A DNA stretch of 64,000 nucleotides, taken from positions 73,036,001 to 73,100,000 of the forward strand of contig OX597824.1 of assembly GCA_951406725.2 (NCBI GenBank), in the 5' to 3' direction. The translations under genes and the position numbers were made by a program. The DNA comes from Octopus vulgaris (lineage: Eukaryota). The notes beneath the pieces were generated by a model that searched no databases, was not told the origin of the DNA, and worked only from the letters and a program-made list of their open reading frames with translations. Positions 40,320 through 55,361 of the stretch are shown here, piece by piece. Every line of letters begins with the position of its first letter. Within the stretch, counting starts at the first letter, position 1.

Positions 40320-42740
40320 TTAGTTTCTTCGATGCAGCTTCGATGAATGTCAGCGGGCGAATGACCGTCCTACCAAAATACCATTTAAATATCGGCCGGT
40401 AGGCTCCAGCAACCAGCACCAGCTAACTGTCACGTGACACTGTCTAGGCTTCAACTGACCAATGGAAGGGAAGGGCGCGTAGTTTTGGCCCGCGCCTTCT
40501 CTAAATCTGCCTTCCAACAGTGTCGTGTTAGTTTCAGTTCCAGCAATCAGAGTCGACCAGCTGGTACAAGCCTTCGAACCAGGAGGAGGTTGTGCTATGA
40601 ACGAGATCGCTACCTTGGCCTACCTGTCAATCAGCGATGCTGCTTAAGTGTCAGCCAGCTTCACCTAGCGACGGTATCTCCCAGCCGGCATGTTATGGCT
40701 TTCACGCCATTTTGGGTCTTCTCGTTTCAGCCACATATAGAAGCTTCTTTTCTCAACTGCCTCCTGCATCCTCCTTATTACATTTCTCAGCTCCGAGCTC
40801 GAAAATGCAAACCTTCTTTTAAACAACGCCGCCATTTTCCTTTCAGTGAAGCCTCTAGCCCCCACTGCCAGGTGGTAATACTCGACAGTCCATCCCTCCG
40901 CACTCTTCGATTAATCTCTCATACCTCTCATACCTTCCGTTGATCCACATTAGCGATGTTCTCTTTCCATGACACTGTCAGCTCTAGCAAAATTCCAATC
41001 TTCCGTTCTGTGTTCCATAGGATTAAGTCAGGCCTTTTTGTTGTTTTTATGAGTGGAAATATTAACAGTCTTTCCAAATCTGCGTCCAGCTTCCAGTATC
41101 CCTTCCATCTTTCATCTGTTTCGTATACTTTATTTGAAGGCCTGGCCTTATGTCCTTTTCCCTCCTTCTAGAAGCATATCCTTCCGCGCTTTTCCACTTT
41201 TGGGTGTTCTCCCCTATTATATCACTCGATCTTCTCCTTGAGTGCTACGCTTATGGCACCGAGGACTTGATTGTGACGCCATATATATCTGTCTAGTGCT
41301 AGCCTGCAGTTTGACAGAACATGTCTCACCGTCGCCTTCTCTCTGCATCTACATTCATCAGTTTTTTGTACGTTCCACCGGACTAAATTGGCCGCTGAAG
41401 GTAAAACGTCGAAGGTAGACTTTATCAGGAAGGATGTTCTTGCTTGTACCCAAGCCTAAAGTTCCTTCGATGAGATTCTGCGACTGACAACACATTCCTC
41501 CCATCTCAGACACTGTCCCTGTTGACTACATTGCAGCGAATGTAATTTCTCCTTTCTTCTTCCTCTTTTCTTACTTCGTGTACCACTGCCTCCTTCATCT
41601 CTTATACACTGCTCATGCAAAATGGCTTGAAATTGTGCAACCCTAGACCGGTCCTTGCTTGTTGCGTCGCTCCGACTATACCAGCATACCTCAGCTTTCC
41701 GATTGCCCTATTTACTACCTCTTCCGCTTTCCATTTCCTCACTGTTCGTACCTTTGGGGGGGTTTCTCGGATGTTCTGATCTTTCGAATACCTTAGCATC
41801 ATTACTGTCCTTAGCATCTTTCCTGCCTTACATTCTTCTGTGATTGATGTTATCGGTAGATGCAGCACGGGCTTTCCATATAGTTTAGTTGTATTCAGTG
41901 GTTTTGGAAGACCAAGCCATTTTCTGATAAAGGCACTGCATCTCTGTTCCATCCTTTCTACTCAACTCGAGGCTATTTCCTACATTTGCAATGGCTACAT
42001 CATCCTTGGGTACAGTCCAAATTGTAGTATTCAGCATTTGAATTTCCCTGGTAATGTTCTGTCAATTGCCTTTAGTCCCTGTTCCACTAAATCGTGTTAG
42101 TCTTTACTTTGTTTCTTATCATTTAATAAATCTCTATACCATCTGCCGAGACTCCACCTCCTATCCTGAATTTCACTTCTTTTTGGACTCCTTTCACGAA
42201 AGCTACGCTTCGAGATTTTTTGGCTTTGAATTTCATTCTCGCCCATCGTTATTAGTTCCTCCAACTGCTCTAACCTTCCATCTGCAGCTTCTCTACTTTC
42301 TGAAAATACTGTAACGTTGTCCATAAAAGCCCTTAATGGTGTCTTTGTAACAGATTTTTCGCAGTTTTTTTATCTTAGCAACATCTCCATGACTAGCACA
42401 AATAAGCCGACTGGTATCGTGCATTTACTAAGCTGCAATACCTACTTTAAGCTGTTGCCACTCCGTTGTGAACTTTACTGCTGTAAATCTCATCCTCAAT
42501 TTATAGTAGTAACACGTGATCATTCGTTGAACATCTGGAATCCAAAAGAAGTCCATAGCTGATTGAACAGATCCATATGCATTGGCAAGATCTAGCCATA
42601 CAATGTACAGGTTTTTCTTCAGTTGTTTTGCACAGTTGATAGCTTCCCAGACGGCAAATGCATGTTCTATGCATCCAGGGATTCCAGGGATCCCTGCCTT
42701 TTGGATTGCTTCAATAACATATCCGTTATGTTGTACGAAT
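40320..42740 (-). mobile_element. 5'-truncated HERO-like (R2/NeSL group) non-LTR retrotransposon, pseudogenised
   Basis: QKAGIPGIPGCIEH; VWLDLANAYGSV; RAFMDN; RKWLGLP; zinc knuckle C..C..HVLSNC; WRHNQVL; RPDL..ELTVSW. Confidence 0.88.
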
Positions 42741-42816
42741 CTTATTAAACGAATTCAAAATATCACCATGTGGTTTGACTTCATTATTACAACTATAAAT
42801 ATATATATGTGGGGTG

Positions 42817-43002
<186 letters not shown>

Positions 43003-43324
43003 ATTAGTAGAGAAAGGGAGAAATAGATACATGCATACATACATAACGAAGTTTATTATAGATTAGAAAGAGAAGAGAATGAGATAAACTAGAGTGAGAA
43101 AGAGACAGATAAAGAGAAGAAAAGAGAGAATGAAATGTAGTGACGGTAAAGAGAGAGAGAGAGAGAGAGAGTTACCGAATGAATAAGCTAATAAAAATTA
43201 TATAAATTATAATTACTTTTTGGTTCGATCGGAATTGACAAAAGATTAGATAAGATTTATCATGAATAAAACTCCGCTCTGAACAAACGATATACTTCCA
43301 TCTCCCCTCTTCCTTACCCAAGTC

Positions 43325-43372
<48 letters not shown>

Positions 43373-44179
43373 TGTGTGTGTCTCTATGTGGGCATCCGAC
43401 GTACTAGAAGCAACTAAATTTCGTTTCACTGTTTTTAAAATGGAAAGACACAATGGATAATGCTCTTCGATACCTTTAAAAAGAAACTGGTCACAACGAG
43501 AGTCTCTGATCGTATATTTCCTCAAAACCGAGGATTACTCAACAGCAGCGGTAATTGCAACTTCAACAATAACCATAGCTACAACAACACCAGCAGCAAC
43601 AACCATAATATCAACAACTACAACAACGGCAACAAAACAAGAGCACCAACCACAATAACAACCACAGCCACAAGAGCAAAAACAACAACAATAATGACAT
43701 CAATAACAACAACAACAACAACATCATTATATTTGGATTCAATTACGTATCGCGTCATTGTGATCTGAACTTTTTTATTTTCCAAGAGTGCAAATTACCT
43801 GGAATCTCTTAGCATGACAATTAATTGCAGCAATTCTTCTCCAGGAAATAAATCTGTTCACTAATGAGGATTGTTTATCACTACAATTGCTTGATTTAGT
43901 GATGGTTTGCGGCGGTAAGGAACCGGATTGACATTAAACTGTAGAGGTGAAGTGTGTATTTAGTGTTCAACGGTGATATGACAAAAAAATGTCTTACGTT
44001 TTAGGACGAGCGTACTTATTCAATTCTTATTCATTATATGGTGTTGCTACTGATGTCATTGCTGCCATCACTGCTACCACCTGTATTGCCATTCCTGCTA
44101 CTGTCACTGCTGTTGTTGGTGTGCGGTGTGACGATGTTTATTTGATACAAATAATGAATCTGGTTTCTTATAATTGAAA

Positions 44180-45110
44180 GGGTCAAGGTTGGTATCTTCC
44201 TATTATAGGATGCTTTCAAGGCGTATTTTCCAGAATTCAGTGGGTGTTTGACGTGTGATGTCTAAGTTGCGAAAGGATGATGTCCTGTAGGAATTTAGGC
44301 AAATGTCATCTGCATAGGAGAATATTGTTCGTCATGGTGGCAAGAAAGCCATTGCTGTTTGAGAAGAAAGTGAACAGGGAACAAAACTGAAACCCTGGGA
44401 TACGCCAGAGTTGATACACTGAAAAATAGAAAGAAATCAGTCAACATACGCTGCTTAATGTGGAGGTGCAATGGCCCAGTGGTTAGGGCAGCGGACTCGA
44501 GGTCGGGGGATAGCGGTTTCGATTCCCAGACCGGGCGTTGTGTGTGTTTATTGAGCGAAAACACCTAAAAGCTCTACGAGGCTCCGGCAGGGGATGGGGG
44601 TGATCCCTGCTGTACTCTTTCGCCCCAACTTTCTCTCTTCCTGTTTCTTGGGTAACACTGTGATGGACTAGCGTCCCGTCCAGCTGGGGGGAACACATAA
44701 GCCACAGAAACCGGGAAACCGAGACCATCAGCCTGACTAGTCTTGAAAAAGGCGCATAAAAAAATAATACACGGCTTAATTACTATCTGATTGGAAATCA
44801 CCAATCCTAAAGATTGAGACGAGTGGGGGCGCATAGGTGGGATGTTTCAAGAGGAGATTTATATTCCAGACATGGTTGCAAGTTTTGCTGGTATCGAGTC
44901 AACATCGTTGTTTCCACCAAATTTCGCCAATGACAAGAGGCTGGCGGTAGGTATCAGAGGATTCTAGGTCATTACCGGATCGGATTTGTTTTAAAGAAAT
45001 CATACAAGTGAATATATTATCCGATGCCTCTTTCCATTCTTTAAGGTAATAGATGTGATTTGATAGTTGTTGTTGATTGGCCTGTGTCTTAGCTGTAACC
45101 ATTTCTTCTT
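44180..45110 (-). pseudogene. CR1/Jockey-group RT fragment split by a SINE C (44462-44765)
   Basis: LDTSKTCNHVW (LDxSKAFDxVWH), INSGVSQG, FSYADD. Confidence 0.7.
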
Positions 45111-45764
45111 CAAATCGGACATAATAAATAAAATAAATGCGCCCATTTAAAGCCTAACCAGGCTCATGGGCTCGGTTTCCTGGTTTCTATGGTGTATGTG
45201 TTCCCCAGCTGGATGGGACGCCAGTCCATCGCAGCCTTACTCATTTTTGCCAGCTGAGTGGACTGGAGCAACGTGAAATGAAGTGTTTTGCTCAAGAACA
45301 CAACGTGTCGCCCAGTCCAGGAATCGAAACCACAATCTTATGATTATGATGCTGACACCCTAACCACTAATCCAAGCGTCTCCACTTCAAATCGGACATA
45401 ATGTACGTAAAATTATATTACATAACGTGCTTTCCTACTTTTTAAAAGCAATAGGGTTATAAATTACTGGTGATTTGGCGACATTTCCAGCAGGTCAGGA
45501 GACAGCCTTAAATTTCCTTTTTCGGCTCTCTTCTTCCCTTGTTTTCTCAGGTCAGCCCTCAATAAAAGAGCTATGATCAATGTCGTTCCTAGTCGGGATA
45601 TCCTGTCGTTTTATTCTCCTAAACATGACTGTGTGGGTAAGTTCGCTTCGCTATCGCGCAGTTTCAGGTTCAGTCCCACTGCCTGGCATCTTGGGCAAGT
45701 GTGTTGTACTATAGTCCCAGGTCGACAAATTGCTTCTTGTGAAGTAGAGATGTGTGGAAGCCCG

Positions 45765-45802
<38 letters not shown>

Positions 45803-46824
45803 CAAAATGGGACACGAACGCAAAACATCCAGATAGACGATACAAAAAACACGGATGGGTCATTCGAAGCCTTTAATCATCAGTCAAGAACCGGATCATC
45901 CTCGCAATTTCGGCTGATTAATCTTGAGATTGCTCCAATCTGGCCAGCCCCAAGGAAAAACTAAGTTAAGAGCATTAGATTCCTTGGAAAAAGGATCGAA
46001 TGTATACGAAACAAGGACGGAAAAACGGACGATGTTACACGTGCGCACGCGCACACATATATATATTTGTGTGTGTGTGTGTGTGTGTCTTTTTGTCTGT
46101 GTTTTTTCCCCACCCCCGCTTGACAACCGTTGTTAGGATTCTGCAAAAGAAACCGATAGAGTAAGTACCGTTGGCGCTTAGGATGACTGAAACATGTGAA
46201 AAGTAAAAGACAAAAACATGAAAAGAAACAAAAAATCAACAAAATAAAAAACAGAGTGTATCCAGAATAACTTTATCCAGATTTATCCTTCCTTTCTAAA
46301 GACAGAAGGGTAGGATTTGAAGAAAATGTGAGTGTTATTTCTAGCAGGTCATGCAACAACGTATAAGGTCTCTCGTTCAGTTGTTCGAGAAGTCATATAA
46401 TCATAGAGCAAGTTACTTGTGTGAGTTCAAATCTCGATAAAATCTTGGAGACCCACCACAACACTATTGTTCTTTGGAGGTCCATATACCAAGAGACATA
46501 AAGTACTAAGAGTGAGTTCAATTGTCCTGTGGTTATAATATAGAAGATTTATGGGTCAACAGGGAGCAGGGGAAGGTTCTACGTAATTACTCGACTGCAA
46601 GAAGTAACTGCTGAATCCTTCTCAAATCGTATTTTACAATTTTAAAAAGAAAATGGACAGAGCAGACCGAGATAGACTATGCATAAAGCATATGTGAGAT
46701 GGTCCTAACTGGAAGGTCTTAGATAACAATGAGCTAACAAATGAGCCTCCACGTGGTCACTTGATTAACAACAAGTAGCAGCCAAATTTCTTTCGGTTCA
46801 CACCATGACGTTTTAAATTCTTTT

Positions 46825-47220
46825 ATTCTTTTATTTGTTTAAGTCATTTGACCGCGGTTATGCTGGAGCACCGCCTTTAGTCGAGTAAATCGACCCCAGA
46901 ACTTATTCTTTGTAAGCCTAGTACTTATTCTATCGGTCTCTTTTGCCGAACCACTAAGTTACAGGGACGTAAACCAGCATCGATTGTCAAGCGATACTGG
47001 GGGAGGGGACACAGACACAGACACACACGCACATATATATATACATATACATATATACGACGGGCTTCTTTCAGTTTCCGTCTACCAAATCCACTCACAA
47101 GGCTTTGATCGACCCGAGGCTATAGTAGAAGACACTTACCCAAGGTGACACGCAGTGAGACTGAACCCGAAACCAAGTGGTTGGTAAACAAGCTACTTAC
47201 CACACAGCCACTCCTACGCC
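46825..47220 (-). mobile_element. SINE family A full copy
   Basis: Sequence match to other family A copies. Confidence 0.9.
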
Positions 47221-47638
47221 TATATAGACGAATACGTTGAACAATGTAGTCTCTGATATAAACAGACGTGATGGTCACGACTGGAAGGGCTTTGATCATA
47301 TATATGCTTGATCAAGACGCACCTGTTGCTAAGCAACAACATTTACGACATTATCGAGAACAAAAGCGTTTAACTCCAAAGATGCAATCGGTTTCGCGCC
47401 CATAAGAATGCAGTAATATATTCTAGAAATGATATTATCAAATTTAGATGTGTAAATAAAATGCCTTAATTAAAAATTCATAAAAATATGAATTAAATTA
47501 AATTGATTAATCAAATTTGTTAATGTAATGGAAGAAAAACGGTAAATGAGTTATGAGTCACTCATAAGACACCAATGATGAAGTTGTAATCGCGCACAAC
47601 GTCCCATGTAATTTGATAAAGTCAGACAGGAAGCGTTT

Positions 47639-47686
<48 letters not shown>

Positions 47687-48414
47687 GAAAGAGAGAGAGA
47701 GAGAAAGAGAGAGAGGGAGAGAGGTACAGGCTCAGGTTGAAATAAATAAACGCTGTGTGTATGTGAGGGAGAGAGAGTGAGCGAGAGGGAAACCAAGAGA
47801 GAGAGAGAGAGAGATGGAAAGCGAGAGAATATGAATGTGTGGGAGAGAGGGTGTGAGGGAGACTATGTGCGTGAGTGTGTGTGTATGTGTGTGTGTGTGT
47901 GAATGGGATATATAGAGAGAGAGTGAGTGAGTGAGTGAGAGAGAGACTAAGAGAGAGAGATAGAAAGAGAGAGAATTTGAATGTGTGTGAGAGAGAGTGA
48001 CTGAGAGAGCAAGATGGAAAGAGAGAGAATATGAATGAGAAAGAGAGAGAGAGAGTGTGTGTGTGTGTGTGTGTGCGTGTGTGTGTGTGAGGGATACTAT
48101 GTGCGTAGGTGTATGTTGGTGTATGTGACAGAGAGTAAAAGTGTGTGTAAGAGAAGAGAGAGTTTGTATCAAGCACCTATCTAAAACTCAAATCATAATC
48201 GCAGTTTTTACCGTTATAAACAAAGAGAATGGCGTGGATCAATCTTTTTATTACATTAATTTACAATTGTTTCATCTGAATTCAACCACATTAGAATTGT
48301 TTTATTATGCAAGAATATATGCAACTGTCTATTCATGCGATAAATTTGATACGTATCGAAGTTCGACTCTTCAGAATTATGTATAAAAGTTATTTGCTGC
48401 AGATACTTAAATTA

Positions 48415-51378
48415 CACAAGTCAACAAAATTTAATGTATTATACTCATTATGATTGCAAAACAACTTCGTTAGACTAAGTTTTCATACTGATTTCAAAAT
48501 TTCCCTCCATTCGTATGCAACACCTATCAGTTTTTCAGTAGATACATGCAAATATTTATGTATTTGTATATATGAAATCATTATAACACAATAACTAAAG
48601 ACATATTATTTTTAGAAAGTAAATGAGTTTATTGAGTTAAAAATCATCACTATCATTCTACATAGAGTGAATACACAAAAAATGGGTCAGACAAAACAAA
48701 GTTAGAACAACAGAGTTACAAACATCGTGATTTGGATTTCCTGTGGTGTTCTTGATCTGGTTGATCACGGTAAATTATCCAGCAGTAGTCAACCAGCATA
48801 CTGTCATTCCAGAAACCTTGCTACCGTTTCTCCATAGCACTAATGTCCTACTGAAATCTTTCACTATGCTCATCAGACACTACTCTAAGGTTATCTGCCA
48901 AGAACTCCAGATTGGAGTCCAAGAAGCGAACTTTCAGTGACATGCGAAAACCCATTGCTGAGTAACATTTCAGAAGATTCTTGATGTCAACCTTGTAGTC
49001 TATTGCCTTCTTGTTACCCAAGAAATACTAACAGATCCAATTGAAAACATTCAAGGTAAACAGTTCCAGTTCATCCAGTGTTGTCTTGAAATTGACATCT
49101 TTTTGTACTCTAATTTGGGGCCCGACAAAGATACACGTATCTTCGCCTGTGTGATTTTGGGAAACATTTTTTTACAATATACTCAAACATTATGGCATTT
49201 CTCTTCCCTAGTGTCTTTACAAACTGTTTCATCAGTCCAAGCTTTATGTGCAAAGGAGGCAATAGGACATTAGATGAAGTGTATTCTTGGTTGGTATGAA
49301 GTTCTCGTCTGCCAGTTTGATTCTGAATAATGTCTGTCAGTTGTTAGACTATCCCATTGATACAAGAAACAATAGTATTTTGGGAAACCTGACTGCATTC
49401 CCATTAACATTCCAATGACTATTAAATCTCCACATATTTTCCATGAGTATCTTTCATAGGCAATGGCATGAAATAAAAGTTCCATATTCTCATATGATTC
49501 ATGACGATGAACAGAGTGTGCAATAGGAATGGAGGGCTTCAAATTAATATTATGGAGAAGTACAGCTTTTAAACTTCGTTTTGAAGAGTCAGTAAACAAA
49601 TGCCACTCTACAGGATCATGATTTTATGATAAACATTCGAAAAGTTCATCGATGTTACTGCAAAAGCAAAGCGGGCCTTCAACAGAAAAATAACACGCTT
49701 GTAGAATCACACTTTCTTGTCGAAAATAAGTTATATGAACACCGTGCTCTAGCAGATGCTTCTCCTTCAGTTTTGGTGCCAACAGTTCTACTTTATCTTT
49801 TGAGAGGGATAGGTCTCTGACAAGGTCATTCAATTCAGCTTGGGCAAATTTCTGAGGTTCAAAACTGTTGTCATCAGCCACGTAACCTTCCCCAGCAGCA
49901 CTATCGTGACAGTCAACATCATCATCTGATGTTTCAACACCATCATCTGGTGGAACTGGAATTGACAGACTTCCATTATGTGGCACAGGTTTCATTGCAG
50001 AATCCAAATTGCGATACACAATTTTGCGTTTATTCTTCAGAGAAAATTCTATAACTTTTACTTTCCAAAAATACCATTAAAATGGTATTTGGCTCCTTCC
50101 ATATCATTGGAATGGCAAAAGGCATGGACTTCTTATTATTGAACCAGTCACGTAAGCCATTTGAGCAAGTTGAGCAGATGATCTCCAGGGCAAGTTATTT
50201 CTTGATTTCTGGTGTTTTTGTACGTTTTTAAGCTTTCACAATAAATTGTCCACAGATATAACAAAAAAAAATCAGGACGATTTCTACACTGTCTTACTCT
50301 TTACTCTTTTACTTGTTTCAGTCATTTGACTGCGGCCATGCTGGAGCACCGCCTTTAGTCGAGCAACTCGACCCCGGGACTTATTCTTTATAAGCCCAGT
50401 ACTTATTCTATCTGTCTCTTTTGCCGAACCGCTAAGTGACGGGGACGTAAACACACCAGCATCGGTTGTCAAGCAATGCTAGGGGGACAAACACACATAC
50501 ACAAACACACACATATACACACATATATATATATACATATATACGACAGGCTTCTTTCAGTTTCCGTCTACCAAATCCACTCACAAGGCATTGGTCGGCC
50601 CGGGGCTATAGCAGAAGACACTTGCCCAAGATGCCACGCAGTGAGACTGAACCCGGAACCATGTGGTTGGTTAGCAAGCTACTTACCACACAGCCACTTC
50701 TGCGCCTAAAAGAAGAAATTCCTTCAGAGTAATCCCCATTCTGTTAACACCAAAGTGCCACTTGCATTTGTCTGTACTATGACGAATATACCTACCAACA
50801 ACTCCCAGCTCCGCCAAATGACGTCATTGCATCGACGGGAGGCAGCTGATAGGTTTGACACGATTCCTCAAATCAGTAGTCTCTACGCTCGGTCTGGGGA
50901 CTTTCCCTCGGTGATAATGAGATAGGTTCATCACCGTTTGTGACCCGAAAGCAAGTCTTAAAGGAACTTGGTATTGTTAGCTCTGTAAAACAAGTAAGGA
51001 AATAGATACTAATATTGAATTTGAGATGAGGAAATATTTCTTTAGACCAATTATGACTGGACAATTTGAGATGTTGAAATACCTATTTCATCAGACAAAA
51101 CTTGATTGGTAATTCAAGATGAACTATTGCATCTAAACTATGCAGCAATGAATAATATAGTTTATTTTAAAGGTATGTTTCTATGATTTAAATGAAATAC
51201 ATGCATACACGCCATTCATTGGAATTTCTATATAATGCATGAGCTAAACCCAAATGCTTCCTCATTTTGAAAACTGTACGTGTTGTCAAAAAACTAATTG
51301 TATTTTTGAAATCAGCATTAAAAACTACACTAAGTACATCTTGACATATGCTTGATGAAAAATACTTGTTGACCAGTG
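48415..51378 (-). mobile_element. Chapaev3-like DNA transposon, full extent, transposase disrupted; SINE A inserted at 50293-50706
   Basis: Termini CACAAGTCAACAA / TTGTTGACCAGTG flanked by TTA on both sides; FCYICG; AELNDLVRDLSLSKDK; DSSKRSLKAVLLHN; WKICGDL..GMQSGF.KY.CFL..WDS. Confidence 0.8.
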
Positions 51379-52334
51379 TTATCAATAATTTATATCTAAA
51401 TTGTGTCGAGCATGTTTACATGGTTATATTTGCAAATTACAAGCAAAACAAAACAAAACAAATCCCGGTTTGAATTGATAACCAAATAGAATAATGAATC
51501 GAGAGAAAAAATTTTAATATAAAAAGCAAAAAGGAAAAGCGATTGATTTTGTTTTTAGACAATATAATAAATTACATTATGTAACACGATTTATGTCCTT
51601 GGATAAGGACTGTTATTCCCTATTTGCTTACCCTTAGAAAGTATGAAAACTGGTTAATATTTCCTTCAAAACATTGCATTTGTTGCATTCATTCAAACCC
51701 CAAAGAATCCCTCTCAAAACATGGCTATGATGCTTCCTCACTACTCCTGCTCATGGTTAGAGATGCACATATTGTCAGTCACTAAGGGACATGCTCAAGT
51801 GGTTAAGATCAAACAAATGACAAGCAAATCTGTGGTACTGAGCAGAATATTTGCTAGAACGATATTTCTGCTTCAGCAACTCAGCGCTGAATCTATTTGG
51901 AATGTAATGGAAAATAGGTCAATTTCAAAACATTGATGTTCAGGTCACGAAAGCAAAGTTTGAAGAGAATAATAGTCATTTCCTTTTTTTTTTTCTAGAC
52001 AGAAGCAAATAGAAAATAACGCGTCTGGCCAAAGACAAAAAAAAATTGTTATAGTGTTACAGGCTTGTTAACAGTTCTTCAAAAGTTTGCTAACACTTTT
52101 GAGGTATAGTTATTCTATCAGCCATTCAGACAAGGAATCGTTAAGATGTAATTGTAGTTTTATCACAGTGAAATCTTGTTGTCTCGCACCTTATAGTAAT
52201 CAGCCAGATATTGGTATTACAGGGTACAAATGTCATTTACCACAGAATTCAGCGGTCACACGCAACGATATGCTTAAACGCAGACACAGAGATATAAAAA
52301 AAAAGGCATTGATGTCACGAGCCTTATACATATA

Positions 52335-53182
52335 AGTAGCCTGATCAATAAGTATTAAGATTGTTACCATAGGAATGAAGTTAAAGCACGCAGAGCGAGG
52401 CCGCTTGGAAATGATTGACCTTCAACTCTGATGTGCATGCGCACTAAGTTTGATCGTCCTAACTTACTTCTGCTGTTTACAGCAGTGCTTGGAAGAAAGG
52501 TGTGTAGCGTGTGATCGTGGCATTGACCATGACAGAGAAAGTTGAATAGAGAGTCTGCATCAAATTTTGCCAAAAGCTTGGCAATACCTGCTCAGAGGCC
52601 TACGTAAAGTTTTCAAAAAGTTTTCATCGTTCTAAACAATCAAGGAGATCTTGTGTAACCGAAACCCGAGTATCTTCTTAGTCAGCTGAAAGCACTTTTG
52701 GCACAAATTTGGCAGACATACCCAAATCTTCAGTAATAATGGACTGAATCGAACCGTAACTAATACCCAAATCTTCAGTAATAATGGACTGAACTGAACC
52801 GTAACTAATTCGAACATCTGATAACTCACGGGTGGTGATTCGACCATTTTTCCTTCACAGCTGCACGCACATCTGCGATGTTTTTCTCAATTCTGCTGGT
52901 TGCGGGTCTCCCAGAAAGTTCATCAATATTGACATTTTTCGACTATCTTGGAAACGTCTGCACCACTCGCATACTTGTATGTGGCTCATACACTCCTCTC
53001 AATACACTTTCTGCAAATTTGCGCAAGTCTCTGAGCACGTATCGCCATGACAACTTTCTCTGTCATGGTCAATGCGACGATCACACACTACACACCTTCC
53101 TTCTTTGCCAAAAGGTTTTACACTGTATGGTTTAGCTTCGTTAATATGGCAACAGTCCGGATTCATATTGATCAGACCTCGT
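52335..53182. mobile_element. Mariner-derived fold-back element made of two left ends in opposite orientation
   Basis: Plus strand MTEKVE*RVCIKFCQKLG; minus strand has the same TIR, 5' UTR and ATG and continues to SGRP..SAKFVPKVLS. Confidence 0.75.
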
Positions 53183-53192
53183 ATATATATAT

Positions 53193-53255
<63 letters not shown>

Positions 53256-53257
<2 letters not shown>

Positions 53258-53555
53258 AGGCACATGGCCTAGTGGTTAGAGCAGCGGACTCGCGGTCGAG
53301 GGATCGCGGGTTCGAATCTCAGACCGGGCGATGTGTGTGTTTATGAGCGAAACACCTAAACTCCACGCGACTCCAGCAGAAGGTAATGGCGAAACTTCTG
53401 CTGACTCTTTCGCCACAACTTTCTCTCACTCTTTCCCCCTGCATGTTGCAGCTCACCTGCGACGGACCGGCGTCCCGTCCAGGTGGGGAACCTATACGCC
53501 AAGAAACCGTGAAACCGGCCCTATGAGACAGGCGTGGCTCGAGAAGGAACAAGCT
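53256..53555 (+). mobile_element. SINE family C variant
   Basis: A box TGGCCTAGTGG, B box GGTTCGAATC. Confidence 0.85.
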
Positions 53556-53983
<428 letters not shown>

Positions 53984-54657
53984 GATGCACACACATATGT
54001 ATATGCATATACATATATAGCTACATACGCAAGCATTTATATTGTATGCGCAAATATACTTGTGTCTATGGTTCTGTTTATGTGTGTACGCAGGCGCGTG
54101 TCTGTATTTGTGTGTGACCACACAGCAATTTATCAATTATTATATCCACCAACACAACAACTGATCAGTTAACATATCCATTTGATGGCAAATTATTAAT
54201 TAATACCAGGATTTTTATAATTCCGGTATTAATTTCAAAATACCAATTATACATAAAAAATTCATTTGAAAATACGAAAAATTTGAGCTAAGCCTATTAA
54301 ATATAAAAAAGATAGACTCATTAGTTTCGTAGCATAAAGTCTTTTTTTTTTTCTTTTTTGTCCTTTCTATACAGTCACAATATTTTCCTCTTTTAAATGG
54401 AATTGTTTGTCGATGAACTGTTGCCGGTGAGTCTTTTACACACATAGGCACAGGTATAGCCGTATGGCTTGGAATGTTGCTTCGTGATTTAATACATAAC
54501 AACGTGGTTTAAGTCCGGATTCAGTCCACTGTGTGATATCTTGGGTAAACGTCTTTTCCGTCGTGTCGAATGATGCCTTCTGAGTGAAATTGGTCGACGG
54601 GAACGAGTGTATACACAAATATTGGCAAACACACATAGGCACACATACTCGCTCACT

Positions 54658-54750
<93 letters not shown>

Positions 54751-55189
54751 ACACACACTCACACACACACACACACATACCTCATATAGCAAAAGTACGT
54801 TTAGTATTCGGCTGTTTAGCCTTAAATACCTTAGATAATTAATACGCGTGTTTTCTATAAGTGGTCACAAGACCTGGTATTATGATGATCAAGTCCTTTT
54901 GGTTTTATACAGGCTATCCAATCCCATCACGTGACAGACACAGAACATGTCGTGGGGAGACGAAAATCGCCCCACCGGGAATAACTGATGCATTTCGACC
55001 TCATTGCACCTTGCCATTGATGTGTACTCATAGCGAGTTTCTTGCATCTCTTGCTGCACAGTTTCTTATAACCGAAACAGATGTAAGCTAATAAATGTGA
55101 TTACACAACTCCTCTGCTTTTGTGGCTAATACATACATACATACATACATACATACATACATACATACATACATACATACATACATACA

Positions 55190-55222
<33 letters not shown>

Positions 55223-55361
55223 GCATGTGTGTGTGTATGTGTGTTTGTGTGTGTGTGTTTGTAAGCGCGGGCGAACGAAATTTTGAAGGGCACTGAAGAC
55301 CACCTTAGCTCTCACTCTAGTCTGTTCCTGCCGAACCGTCCAACCCGTGCTAGCATGGAAA

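Noticed and set aside
47630-48160. GA/GT-rich region with about 200-bp periodicity
   Set aside because: Consistent with ordinary slippage and duplication of a compound microsatellite
53256-53330. tRNA-Arg-like gene (also at 37322, 44462 and 3560)
   Set aside because: No proper acceptor stem or terminator; it continues into a repeated SINE body
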